Assembly (NCBI RefSeq): GCF_037013405.1
Contig: NZ_CP146064.1
Span: 360,001 to 392,000 of the forward strand
Direction: 5' to 3'
DNA length: 32,000 nt
Source: Candidatus Nanosynbacter sp. BB002
GTDB taxonomy: Bacteria; Patescibacteriota; Saccharimonadia; Saccharimonadales; Saccharimonadaceae
Shown here: piece after piece, positions 24,294 to 32,000 of the stretch
Numbering within the stretch: the stretch's first letter is position 1
Layout of the letters: each line of letters starts with the position of its first letter
The notes under the pieces: generated by a model
Told to the model about the DNA's origin: nothing
What the model saw: only the letters and a program-made list of their open reading frames with translations
Database searches by the model: none
Program-made: the position numbers and the translations under genes

Positions 24294-26384
24294 TTATTTG
24301 TTGCGCTTTTCGATTATCTCTTGAGCAACGTTTGGTGGAACCTCCTCGTACTGAGCCAACTCCATGGTTGACGCAGCGCGACCCTGTGACATCGAACGGA
24401 TGTCTGAGGTGTAGCCAAACATGTTTGCCAGTGGCACGAAGGCCTTGACCAACTTGGCGCCGCCCATCAAATCTTCCATGGTATCAATGCGACCACGACG
24501 TGAGTTCAGGTCACCGATAATGTCGCCCATAAACTCTTCTGGGGTGGTGACTTCAACTTTCATGACTGGTTCAAGCAGAATTGGCGTTGCCTGTTTGATA
24601 CCTTCGCGGGCTGCCAACGAACCTGCCAATGAGAAGGCCAGCTCTGAGGAGTCAACATCGTGGTATGAACCATCGTACAGGGTTGCTTTGACGTCAACCA
24701 CTGGATAACCAGCGATAACACCACCTTCCAAGGTTTCACGAATACCCTTCATGACAGCTGGGCGATACTCTTGTGGCACCACACCACCCTTAATTTCGTC
24801 AACAAACTCAAAGCCTTTACCAGCCTCGTTTGGCTCAAAGCGTACCCAGACGTCACCGTACTGACCACGACCACCAGACTGCTTGGCGTGCTTACCCTGA
24901 ACCTCAGCTTTACCCTTGATTGACTCACGGAAGGCCACTTGTGGTTCACCAATGTTAGCTTCAACCTTGAACTCGCGCTTCATGCGGTCGATCAAGATGT
25001 CCAGGTGCAGCTCGCCCATTCCAGACATGATAGTCTGGCCAGTTTCTTCGTCAGTGTGAATGCGGAAGGTTGGGTCTTCCTCAGCCAATCGTTGCAAGGC
25101 CAATGCCATCTTCTCTTGGTCGGCCTTTGACTTTGGCTCAACGGCGATGGATACTGGTGGCTCTGGGAATTCAATGCTCTCCAGGGCAATTGGGTGCGCT
25201 GGATCAGTCAAGGTGTTACCAGTACCAGTGTTTTTCAAGCCAACCACCGCAGCGATGTCACCAGCAGCGATTTTGTCGATTTCCTCGCGCTTGTCGGCAT
25301 GCATTCGGACGATACGACCAATGCGCTCTTTGTCGCCAGTCGTGGTATTCAGGACGTAGCTACCAGAGTTCAAAACACCTGAGTAAACGCGGATGAATAT
25401 CAATTTACCAACAAATGGGTCGGTCGCAATCTTGAAGGCCAAGGCGCTCATCGGCTCCTTGTCGTCTGGTTTGCGGCTCACTTCGTCGCCAGTCTTTGGA
25501 TTTTTACCCCAAATTTCGTCAACGTCCAACGGACTTGGTAAGTAGTCAACCATCAGGTCAAGCACCTTCTCGACGATGACACCACGACCGTCACCACCAG
25601 TGACCAAGAAGAAGTCACCAGCCAGCACGCGCTTACGCAAGGCAGACTTCAGCTCATCAATCGTGATAGCCTCTTCGCCCTGGTCGAGGAACTTCATCAT
25701 CAATTCATCATCAGCTTCAACGGCATTTTCCACCAACAAACTGCGGGCGTTTTGGCATTTCTCCAGCATGTCAGCTGGGATTTCACCCTGCACCAACTCA
25801 TGGTCAGAAAAGTCAGTATAGGTGTACGCCTTCATGTCGACGAGGTCAACCACACCATTGATAGTCTTTTCAAAACCAATTGGGATGTGAATTGGGAACG
25901 CTTGCTTGCTCAAACGGTTGTGAATTGATTCCAGAGATTTCCAGAAGTCACCACCAGTTTGGTTAATCTTGTTGATGAAGCAGATACGCGGCACACCATA
26001 TTTGTCAGCCTGGCGCCACACGGTCTCAGACTGTGCCTCAACGCCCATCTTACCATCAAACACCGTCACTGCACCGTCGAGGACGCGGAGTGAACGCTCC
26101 ACCTCGGCGGTAAAGTCGATGTGCCCTGGGGTGTCGATGATGTTGATCTTGTGACCCTTCCAGAAACAAGTCACCGCTGCCGAGGTGATGGTGATACCAC
26201 GTTCTTTTTCCTGCGCCATCCAGTCAGTGGTAGCGCCGTCGCCGTCGCCTTTGACCACACCGATTTTGTGGGTCAAACCAGTGCGGTACAAAATACCCTC
26301 AGTTGTCGTCGTTTTACCGGCGTCAATATGGGCGATAATACCGATATTTCTAAAATTTTTCAGCGGAACATTCGTCTCTGCCAT
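24294..26384 (-). CDS. fusA: elongation factor G
   Basis: 696 aa with [20 protein letters not shown] and NKIN. Confidence 0.98.
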   Translation of the reverse strand: MAETNVPLKNFRNIGIIAHIDAGKTTTTEGILYRTGLTHKIGVVKGDGDGATTDWMAQEKERGITITSAAVTCFWKGHKINIIDTPGHIDFTAEVERSLRVLDGAVTVFDGKMGVEAQSETVWRQADKYGVPRICFINKINQTGGDFWKSLESIHNRLSKQAFPIHIPIGFEKTINGVVDLVDMKAYTYTDFSDHELVQGEIPADMLEKCQNARSLLVENAVEADDELMMKFLDQGEEAITIDELKSALRKRVLAGDFFLVTGGDGRGVIVEKVLDLMVDYLPSPLDVDEIWGKNPKTGDEVSRKPDDKEPMSALAFKIATDPFVGKLIFIRVYSGVLNSGSYVLNTTTGDKERIGRIVRMHADKREEIDKIAAGDIAAVVGLKNTGTGNTLTDPAHPIALESIEFPEPPVSIAVEPKSKADQEKMALALQRLAEEDPTFRIHTDEETGQTIMSGMGELHLDILIDRMKREFKVEANIGEPQVAFRESIKGKAEVQGKHAKQSGGRGQYGDVWVRFEPNEAGKGFEFVDEIKGGVVPQEYRPAVMKGIRETLEGGVIAGYPVVDVKATLYDGSYHDVDSSELAFSLAGSLAAREGIKQATPILLEPVMKVEVTTPEEFMGDIIGDLNSRRGRIDTMEDLMGGAKLVKAFVPLANMFGYTSDIRSMSQGRAASTMELAQYEEVPPNVAQEIIEKRNK

Positions 26385-26461
26385 AATTTTCCTTTATATT
26401 ACGTTAATTTGTCGAGATCTTTGGTCAATTTTTTGGCACCAAAAAACTACTCTTATTGCCA

Positions 26462-26470
26462 ATTATACCA
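26462..26470 (-). promoter_or_regulatory. extended -10 TGgTATAAT for fusA
   Basis: The minus strand reads CTATCTGGTATAATTGGC, about 78 nt upstream of the fusA ATG. The leader contains the palindrome TTTTTTGGTGCCAAAAAA (26429..26446). Confidence 0.5.
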
Positions 26471-26505
26471 GATAGTCACAGAAAATAATAGCTCGATTTT
26501 ATGGG

Positions 26506-27180
26506 TTAGTTCTCAAGACTTTCTTGGCAATAGCCCAGCAAGTCGTCCCAGTCCACTCCACCAGCATTAGCCTCGTGCCTCATCTTGTACGCGTCACACT
26601 CTTGCAATTTGAAATTAGCATTGCGGAGAAAGATGCCTAGACCTGTTTTAGTAAAGATTTGTCGATCAATTTGCGGGGTTGCTTCATCAATCCAGGATTC
26701 TACTATTTCTTGCGTAGCTGGGTCCATCAACGCCAGCCCATGACTGGAGAGTTCAAGATACCGCTCCGCCAGCTTGTGTAGTTCATTCATATCGCCCGGC
26801 TTATGCATTTGACTCTTCAAATCACTCGGTACTAAGTCCTTGGGAGATATGCCGGTATCGCGAAGCTGCTCTTTGCAAAGCCCCAGGCCGATAACTGCAC
26901 CTTTGGCGGTCTCAATCATGACCTTTACCGGATCATGGAAAGGATTACCAGTGGATAGATCCCGTGGATTTATGATGACCCCCAGCCCTTTAGCTACCCT
27001 GCTCACCATTTCCTGCGCGCTATGTGGTTGTGCGATATCATCAAGAACATAACCTAACCCACTCTGACCTCTGTGGGTCTCCTCAAAAGTTGTTATCCTC
27101 TCCTGCATTCGCTGGGCGGCACCAGTAAAGTCAATATAGCAATTATGCTTTCGGTCAGGTGAAAATTGTTGCTCATTCAT
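26506..27180 (-). CDS. hypothetical 224-aa soluble protein, no recognised domain
   Basis: ORF between rpsG and fusA. The ATG at 27180 lies 6 nt after TGaTATTAT with no SD. Confidence 0.6.
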   Translation of the reverse strand: MNEQQFSPDRKHNCYIDFTGAAQRMQERITTFEETHRGQSGLGYVLDDIAQPHSAQEMVSRVAKGLGVIINPRDLSTGNPFHDPVKVMIETAKGAVIGLGLCKEQLRDTGISPKDLVPSDLKSQMHKPGDMNELHKLAERYLELSSHGLALMDPATQEIVESWIDEATPQIDRQIFTKTGLGIFLRNANFKLQECDAYKMRHEANAGGVDWDDLLGYCQESLEN

Positions 27181-27186
27181 CTTTTG

Positions 27187-27215
27187 ATAATATCATAATT
27201 AGACATAAAATGCAA
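27187..27215 (-). promoter_or_regulatory. promoter TTGCAT-17-TGaTATTAT with -10 exactly 6 nt upstream of the ATG at 27180 (leaderless candidate)
   Basis: -35 TTGCAT (27215..27210), 17-nt spacer, -10 TATTAT (27192..27187), then CAAAAG and the ATG. Confidence 0.5.
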
Positions 27216-27242
27216 ATCCGCCCCCGATTACCTGGAGCGGAT
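27216..27242 (-). terminator. intrinsic terminator after rpsG
   Basis: The minus strand reads ATCCGCTCC-loop-GGGGCGGAT followed by TTGCATTTTAT. The stem is 9 bp with one G-U pair and the U-tract is interrupted. Confidence 0.55.
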
Positions 27243-27264
27243 GATATCTTGCATGCTCAGATAA

Positions 27265-27744
27265 TTAGCCGCGAGCAAAGTGCGCAAAGGCGCGGTTGGC
27301 TTCGGCCATCTTGTGAGTGTCCTCCTTCTTCTTGAAAGCAGCACCGGCTTCGTTGTAAGCGTCAACGATTTCCAATGCCAAACGCTGTGAGTATGGCATA
27401 CCGCTACGAGCGCGAGCTGATTGTACCAGCCAGCTAAACGCGTAGTGTAGCTGCCGGTGTCCCTGAACTGGGAACGGAATCTGGTAGTTCGCACCACCGA
27501 CGCGGCGGCTCTTCACCTCAAAGTTTGGGCTAACGTTTTTCAATGCTTTTTCAAACACTGCCAACGGATCTTCTGAATCCAATTTCTTCGCAGCAGTTTC
27601 CAGGGCGGTGTAAACAGCACGCTCAGCTGCCAATTTCTTACCGTCCAGCATTGACTTGTTGATCAAGCGCTGCACCAACACGCTTTGGTAGCGGCGGTCA
27701 GGCTTAAGTTCACGTTGTAGTTTTTTGGTAACTTTACGAGGCAT
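27265..27744 (-). CDS. rpsG: 30S ribosomal protein S7
   Basis: 159 aa, beginning MPRKVTKKLQRELKPDRRYQSVLVQRLINKSMLDGKK. Confidence 0.96.
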   Translation of the reverse strand: MPRKVTKKLQRELKPDRRYQSVLVQRLINKSMLDGKKLAAERAVYTALETAAKKLDSEDPLAVFEKALKNVSPNFEVKSRRVGGANYQIPFPVQGHRQLHYAFSWLVQSARARSGMPYSQRLALEIVDAYNEAGAAFKKKEDTHKMAEANRAFAHFARG

Positions 27745-27746
27745 GA

Positions 27747-28160
27747 TTACTTATCCCCTTTCTTGGTACCGTACTTCGAACGGCCCCGCTTGCGGTTGTT
27801 AACACCTTGAAGGTCCAACGCACCGCGTACGATGTGATAGCGCACACCTGGAAGGTCAGGCACACGACCACCGCGGATCAAGACCACAGCGTGCTCCTGC
27901 AAGTTGTGACCCTCACCACCAATGTAGGCCCAAACTTCGTAGCCGTTGTTCAGTTTCACGCGGGCAACTTTACGCAGCGCTGAGTTTGGTTTCTTTGGCG
28001 TCTTGGTCGTCACACGCACACACACACCACGCTTGAGCGGTGCATTTTGGTCGTAGTAACGCGTTTTCAGGGCGTTATGAATGCGACCCAGTGCTGGTGA
28101 CTTGGACTTTTTCTTAGCCGTTTGGCGCGGTTTACGCACCAATTGGTTGATAGTTGGCAT
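27747..28160 (-). CDS. rpsL: 30S ribosomal protein S12 (start trimmed to [10 protein letters not shown])
   Basis: AAGGAG lies 7 nt upstream of the ATG at 28160. Contains [15 protein letters not shown] and [13 protein letters not shown]. Confidence 0.95.
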   Translation of the reverse strand: MPTINQLVRKPRQTAKKKSKSPALGRIHNALKTRYYDQNAPLKRGVCVRVTTKTPKKPNSALRKVARVKLNNGYEVWAYIGGEGHNLQEHAVVLIRGGRVPDLPGVRYHIVRGALDLQGVNNRKRGRSKYGTKKGDK

Positions 28161-28373
28161 CCAATTTCTCCTTGGTTGATTTACTAATACTGGCGATATT
28201 CGCCTAATGGCTCTAGCGGGCTGGTGCGGCATTGACACGAAAAAACCAGCTTCTCTTAGCGCCTACGGCTTGGATTCAGCAACTCCGCCCCGTGTCTATA
28301 CCTTTTCTGCCGAGCATGCAGCCTGTACACATTCAAACCACCGCTTGCCCCGAAAAGAGGAAACTCTGGGACA

Positions 28374-28382
28374 ATTTTACCA
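28374..28382 (-). promoter_or_regulatory. extended -10 TGgTAAAAT for rpsL-rpsG, giving a leader of about 205 nt
   Basis: The minus strand reads GTGTGGTAAAATTGTCC, about 20 nt after the hydrolase stop. Confidence 0.4.
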
Positions 28383-28399
28383 CACATAACCTAAAAAAT

Positions 28400-29353
28400 C
28401 TACTGGTTTTTAACTCGAGCGTCAATCTCTTCCAGGACGCCCTTCCACCAGGCCATATTGTCTTGGGAAGCGTGGACTGAATCCATAACCTTGAAGCCCA
28501 CTACTGACATACCAGCCGCGCCCAATCGTTGCACCAATCGTTCATTATCTCCGATGGGGCTTACTTTGTCAGCATCAGTGGCACTCACTGTCACCACTGC
28601 TTCGCGCAGCGATCGATGCCTGGCGCTCATCAAATCACTGATAATATCATTTTTAGGATAGGTGATAGCTCGAGGATATTGCCACAGACCAGATGGCCGT
28701 TGCAGTACCATTTTTGGTAGCAATAATGGGTCTTCGTCGCGGCATCGAGCTGCCCAATCAGGATTTGCAGCGATAGTCTCTGTCAATTTATCACCACCGT
28801 GAGCAAGAAAACGCATGACTAATGTGGCCATGGTTTTAGCCTGACTAGTCTTTTTGCTTATCAATGGCGTTTCAAGTAAGTCTAGTTGTGATAAGCTCAC
28901 TTCCCCTGGCGCATGTTTTGCTGCTGATGCTGCCAAATGCGAACCTAGTGAATAACCAACCAGTCGCTCTACGTCACCAAGGTCATAGCCCTCCTGGTTG
29001 AGCGCCGTACCTATAGCATCCCATTGCAATATTGACACTTTTGAAAGATCGCCTTCTTTTAGAGCTTGTTTCATTTCCGAGCTCATAGGGTCTGCATGTG
29101 GACTCACTCCTGGATTATCCACTGCAACTGCCAACCCCTTGATGTGGTCTGCTAGGACTTCCGTTCTCCCTTGCTGTTTTGCTCGCTCACCGTAGTCCGA
29201 CCATTGCGAAAAAAGTACGGCAACTGGCGACTCACCATCCGAGAGCGTAGAATCCGCCAGATAAACAGACTCCCTCAACTCACTATCAACTGGTTGAGGT
29301 GATTGTATAGCATCTATATCAATAGGGCCAATTTGCTCAAGCAGCTCACTCAT
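28400..29353 (-). CDS. alpha/beta-hydrolase-fold serine hydrolase (putative esterase/lipase-like)
   Basis: Nucleophile elbow GYSLGS (GxSxG). A C-terminal DSVHAS segment is a candidate catalytic His. There is no signal peptide. The ATG at 29353 lies 6 nt after TGgTATAAT with no SD. Confidence 0.6.
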   Translation of the reverse strand: MSELLEQIGPIDIDAIQSPQPVDSELRESVYLADSTLSDGESPVAVLFSQWSDYGERAKQQGRTEVLADHIKGLAVAVDNPGVSPHADPMSSEMKQALKEGDLSKVSILQWDAIGTALNQEGYDLGDVERLVGYSLGSHLAASAAKHAPGEVSLSQLDLLETPLISKKTSQAKTMATLVMRFLAHGGDKLTETIAANPDWAARCRDEDPLLLPKMVLQRPSGLWQYPRAITYPKNDIISDLMSARHRSLREAVVTVSATDADKVSPIGDNERLVQRLGAAGMSVVGFKVMDSVHASQDNMAWWKGVLEEIDARVKNQ

Positions 29354-29359
29354 AGTTTT

Positions 29360-29368
29360 ATTATACCA
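29360..29368 (-). promoter_or_regulatory. extended -10 TGgTATAAT exactly 6 nt upstream of the ATG at 29353 (leaderless candidate)
   Basis: The minus strand reads AATTTATGGTATAATAAAACTATG. Confidence 0.5.
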
Positions 29369-29387
29369 TAAATTGTCCCAATATACA

Positions 29388-29416
29388 ATTCTCCCCTCTG
29401 TTATAGAGGGGAGAAT
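29388..29416 (-). terminator. strong hairpin after rpoC (12-bp perfect stem)
   Basis: ATTCTCCCCTCT-loop-AGAGGGGAGAAT followed by TGTATATT. The U-tract is weak. Confidence 0.6.
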
Positions 29417-29444
29417 ATTGCACGGTCACTAGACTTGAGTGTGA

Positions 29445-32000
29445 CTACATCTCTGAGAATTCTTCAACCATTTCCTCAGTGTTGTCACTAGCCAAGGTTT
29501 CATCCTCTTCGACAACGCCCGTCCCCACTGGGATCTTGCGGCCGATGATGACGTTTTCTTTGAGACCATGCAAGTGGTCAGCGCGGCCAGATACGGCAGC
29601 ATTGATCAACACGCGAGTGGTGTCCTGGAAGGACGCGGCGGATAGCCATGAGTCGCTCCAGATGGACACCTTGGTGATACCGAGTAGCAACTGAGTGTAG
29701 CTGATGAGGTTTTTGCCTTCAGCGGCCAGCTGCTTGTTGGTGTTCACCGCCGCAGCCTTGGAGACGATGTCACCCGTCACAAAGTCGCTGTCGCCCGCAT
29801 CTTCGATTTGGACACGGCTGAACATCTGGCGAACGATGATCTCCAGGTGCTTGTCGGCCACGTCTTGACCCTGAGCGGCGTAAATGCGCAGCACTTCGTT
29901 GATGATGTAGCGCTGGGTGGCCTCGACACCCTTCAGGCGCATCAAGTCGTGTAGGTTCAATGAACCAGCTGTTAGGCGGTCGCCAGCCTCGACGACGTCG
30001 TTAGCCTTAACGACCAACTGCATGGTGCCTGGGATTTCGTAACGAGCTGGTGCGCCAGCTTCAGCAGCGATGACCAAGGTGTCCTCAGCCGCCTCAACCA
30101 CACCGTCAAATGGTGCGACCAGCGGACGAGTGTCACCTTCGCCAGTTGCCAATACGTCGCCAGCCTTGACGCTTGAGCCAGCCTTGACCACGACGGTTCG
30201 GCCGTCCAGCGGCAGGCGCTCAACCTTGCCCGATTCTGGGGTAACTTGGACGATGTACTTTTTGCCATCTTCCCAGACGTCAACTAACCCAGCAATTTCC
30301 GTGACATACGCCTGACCCTTTGGTGTGCGCGCCTCGAACAATTCTTCAACACGCGGCAGACCTTGGGTGATGTCACCACCAGCGACACCAGAGTTGTGGA
30401 AGGTACGCAAGGTTAGCTGAGTACCTGGCTCACCGACTGACTGAGCAGCGATGACACCGACTGGCTGATGATTACCAACCAATTTGCCAGTTGACATGTC
30501 AACACCGTAACTGCGTTGTGGAATGCCGTTGAGGTTGTTAGTTGACAAGACTGATTGGATCTTGACGCTCTGGATGCTTTCATCGTCATCAATTGAGTCA
30601 GCGATTTCCCGAGTGATCAATTCGTCCTTGTTGACGTGACCTGGAATCGTCTCAGCGGCATAACGACCAGCCAAGCGGTTCGAGAAGTCGATCATCGTTT
30701 CTTCAGTTTCTGAACGGTAAATTGCGTAACCTTCGTCGTCACCTTCAACGTCCTCAACGGTGAAGACATCCTGCGCCACGTCGACCAAACGACGGGTCAG
30801 GTAACCTGAGTCGGCGGTCTTGAGCGCGGTGTCAATCAGACCCTTACGCGCACCACGGGTTGCCACGAAGGCCTCAAGGCTGGACAAACCACCGGTGTAC
30901 GAACTACGGATCGGCAGCTCAATTTCGTGGTTGGTTGCGTCCATCTGAATACCGATCATGGCGCTCGCCAGCTTCACGTTGGAAATATCACCACGAGCAC
31001 CAGAGTTAACCATCATGGAAATACTGGTGTCCATGTGCGCCAATTGATCCTTCAAGAACGCGGTAATCTTATTGTCGACGTTTCGCCAGGCATTCACTGT
31101 CAAGTTGTAACGCTCTTCTTCGGTGATCAGACCCTGGTCGAACTGCTCAGAGATCAAAGCCGCTTTAGCGTCACCCTCAGCCACGAACTCAGGGATTTCG
31201 TCGAAGTGCACGTAGTCGGTCATACCGGTCGACACCGCCGCGGTTGTCGCGAAGCGGAAAGCCTGACCCTTCATGCGGTCAGCGATTTTGGCAGTCTCCT
31301 CGGCACCGTACTTGTTAAAGATTTGCGCCAAGACCTTCTTCAGCTGTTTCTTGGTCTGGACGTTGTTGTCGTAAGGGAAGTCCTCTGGCAGAATCTCGTT
31401 AAAGAAGACGCGTCCCAAGGTTGTCTGACGCACCTTGCCTTTAGCAAAAATCCGGATTGGCGTTTGTAGCTGAATATCACCCTTGTCGTATGCCAACTCT
31501 GCTTCGTAAACTGAGCTAAATGACTTGATGTGGTCAGTCTGCGCCTGTGGCTTGTCATAGGTCAGGTAATAGTTACCCAGCACGATGTCCTGCGAAATGT
31601 GCAAGACTGGCGCACCGTCAGCAGGCTTCAGCAAGTTAGCAGTAGCGCTCATCAATTCGCGTGCCTCGGCTTGCGCTTCCTTAGAGAGTGGTAAGTGAAC
31701 GGCCATCTGGTCACCGTCAAAGTCAGCGTTAAAGCCGGCACAAACTAGCGGATGCAGTTGGATGGCTTTTCCTTCAACCAAAACTGGCTGGAAGGATTGG
31801 ATTGACAAACGGTGAAGTGACGGAGCACGGTTCAACAGCACGTATTTGCCTTCAATCACCGCATCCAATGCGTCCCAAACAACTGCTTCGCCTGATTCGA
31901 TCAACCGCGTTGCTGAGCGAATGTTGTGAGCAAATTCATTGCGGATCAGCCAGCTGATAACAAATGGCTTGAACAGTTCAAGCGCCATTTGTTTTGGCAA
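29445..32000 (-). CDS. rpoC: DNA-directed RNA polymerase beta-prime subunit, C-terminal about 850 aa (5' end beyond the right edge)
   Basis: Contains the catalytic motif [12 protein letters not shown] and conserved trigger-loop and C-terminal regions. The ORF is open to the window edge. Confidence 0.97.
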   Translation of the reverse strand: MPKQMALELFKPFVISWLIRNEFAHNIRSATRLIESGEAVVWDALDAVIEGKYVLLNRAPSLHRLSIQSFQPVLVEGKAIQLHPLVCAGFNADFDGDQMAVHLPLSKEAQAEARELMSATANLLKPADGAPVLHISQDIVLGNYYLTYDKPQAQTDHIKSFSSVYEAELAYDKGDIQLQTPIRIFAKGKVRQTTLGRVFFNEILPEDFPYDNNVQTKKQLKKVLAQIFNKYGAEETAKIADRMKGQAFRFATTAAVSTGMTDYVHFDEIPEFVAEGDAKAALISEQFDQGLITEEERYNLTVNAWRNVDNKITAFLKDQLAHMDTSISMMVNSGARGDISNVKLASAMIGIQMDATNHEIELPIRSSYTGGLSSLEAFVATRGARKGLIDTALKTADSGYLTRRLVDVAQDVFTVEDVEGDDEGYAIYRSETEETMIDFSNRLAGRYAAETIPGHVNKDELITREIADSIDDDESIQSVKIQSVLSTNNLNGIPQRSYGVDMSTGKLVGNHQPVGVIAAQSVGEPGTQLTLRTFHNSGVAGGDITQGLPRVEELFEARTPKGQAYVTEIAGLVDVWEDGKKYIVQVTPESGKVERLPLDGRTVVVKAGSSVKAGDVLATGEGDTRPLVAPFDGVVEAAEDTLVIAAEAGAPARYEIPGTMQLVVKANDVVEAGDRLTAGSLNLHDLMRLKGVEATQRYIINEVLRIYAAQGQDVADKHLEIIVRQMFSRVQIEDAGDSDFVTGDIVSKAAAVNTNKQLAAEGKNLISYTQLLLGITKVSIWSDSWLSAASFQDTTRVLINAAVSGRADHLHGLKENVIIGRKIPVGTGVVEEDETLASDNTEEMVEEFSEM

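Noticed and set aside
26429-26446. Palindrome TTTTTTGGTGCCAAAAAA in the fusA leader
   Set aside because: The stem is almost entirely A-U with a 2-4 nt loop, so it is thermodynamically weak. It is noted in the fusA promoter feature but is not strong enough to call as a regulatory site.
28256-28387. 43-codon minus-strand ORF ([43 protein letters not shown]) in the rpsL leader
   Set aside because: It has only a weak AGG upstream, and its ATG overlaps the best -10 candidate for rpsL. The basic composition looks like chance translation of a GC-rich leader. It is worth rechecking only if Ribo-seq shows footprints.
30927-31469. 180-aa plus-strand ORF inside rpoC
   Set aside because: It is an antisense shadow of rpoC.

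Overview
Nearly the whole window is the bacterial translation/transcription super-operon on the minus strand, in canonical order: rpoC (3' part) - rpsL - rpsG - fusA - tuf - rpsJ - rplC - rplD - rplW - rplB - rpsS - rplV - rpsC - rplP - rpmC - rpsQ - rplN - rplX - rplE - rpsN - rpsH - rplF - rplR - rpsE - rplO - secY. There is no rpmD (L30) between rpsE and rplO, and several ribosomal proteins carry extra tails. This fits a reduced, CPR/Patescibacteria-like genome (perhaps Saccharibacteria), but that placement is inference only. The unusual part is that the conserved order is broken at seven junctions by accessory genes. Most blocks are set off from the flanking ribosomal genes by an intrinsic terminator, a predicted promoter, or both. 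The blocks are: an alpha/beta hydrolase (rpoC|rpsL); an unknown 224-aa protein (rpsG|fusA); a 6.8-kb block with a membrane protein, ThrE-like exporter, two tiny hydrophobic proteins, GlgB and a 562-aa acidic orphan (fusA|tuf); a lipoprotein plus L-lactate dehydrogenase (tuf|rpsJ); a 110-aa membrane protein (rpsJ|rplC); an unannotated 57-codon ORF coupled at both ends (rplV|rpsC); and a low-GC CYTH + Nudix + membrane-protein cassette (rpsH|rplF). Four accessory genes have a -10 hexamer exactly 6 nt before the ATG and no Shine-Dalgarno sequence, so they look leaderless; two more have 8-nt spacing. The ribosomal genes all have strong SDs and tight translational coupling. Downstream of secY the usual adk/map/infA/alpha-operon genes are missing. 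That position holds a convergent membrane-anchored orphan and a low-GC CopY-like repressor with cop-box-like operators, running off the left edge. I found no tRNA, rRNA, CRISPR array, transposase or integrase. All promoter, terminator and leader calls come from reading the sequence by eye and need experimental or computational confirmation.
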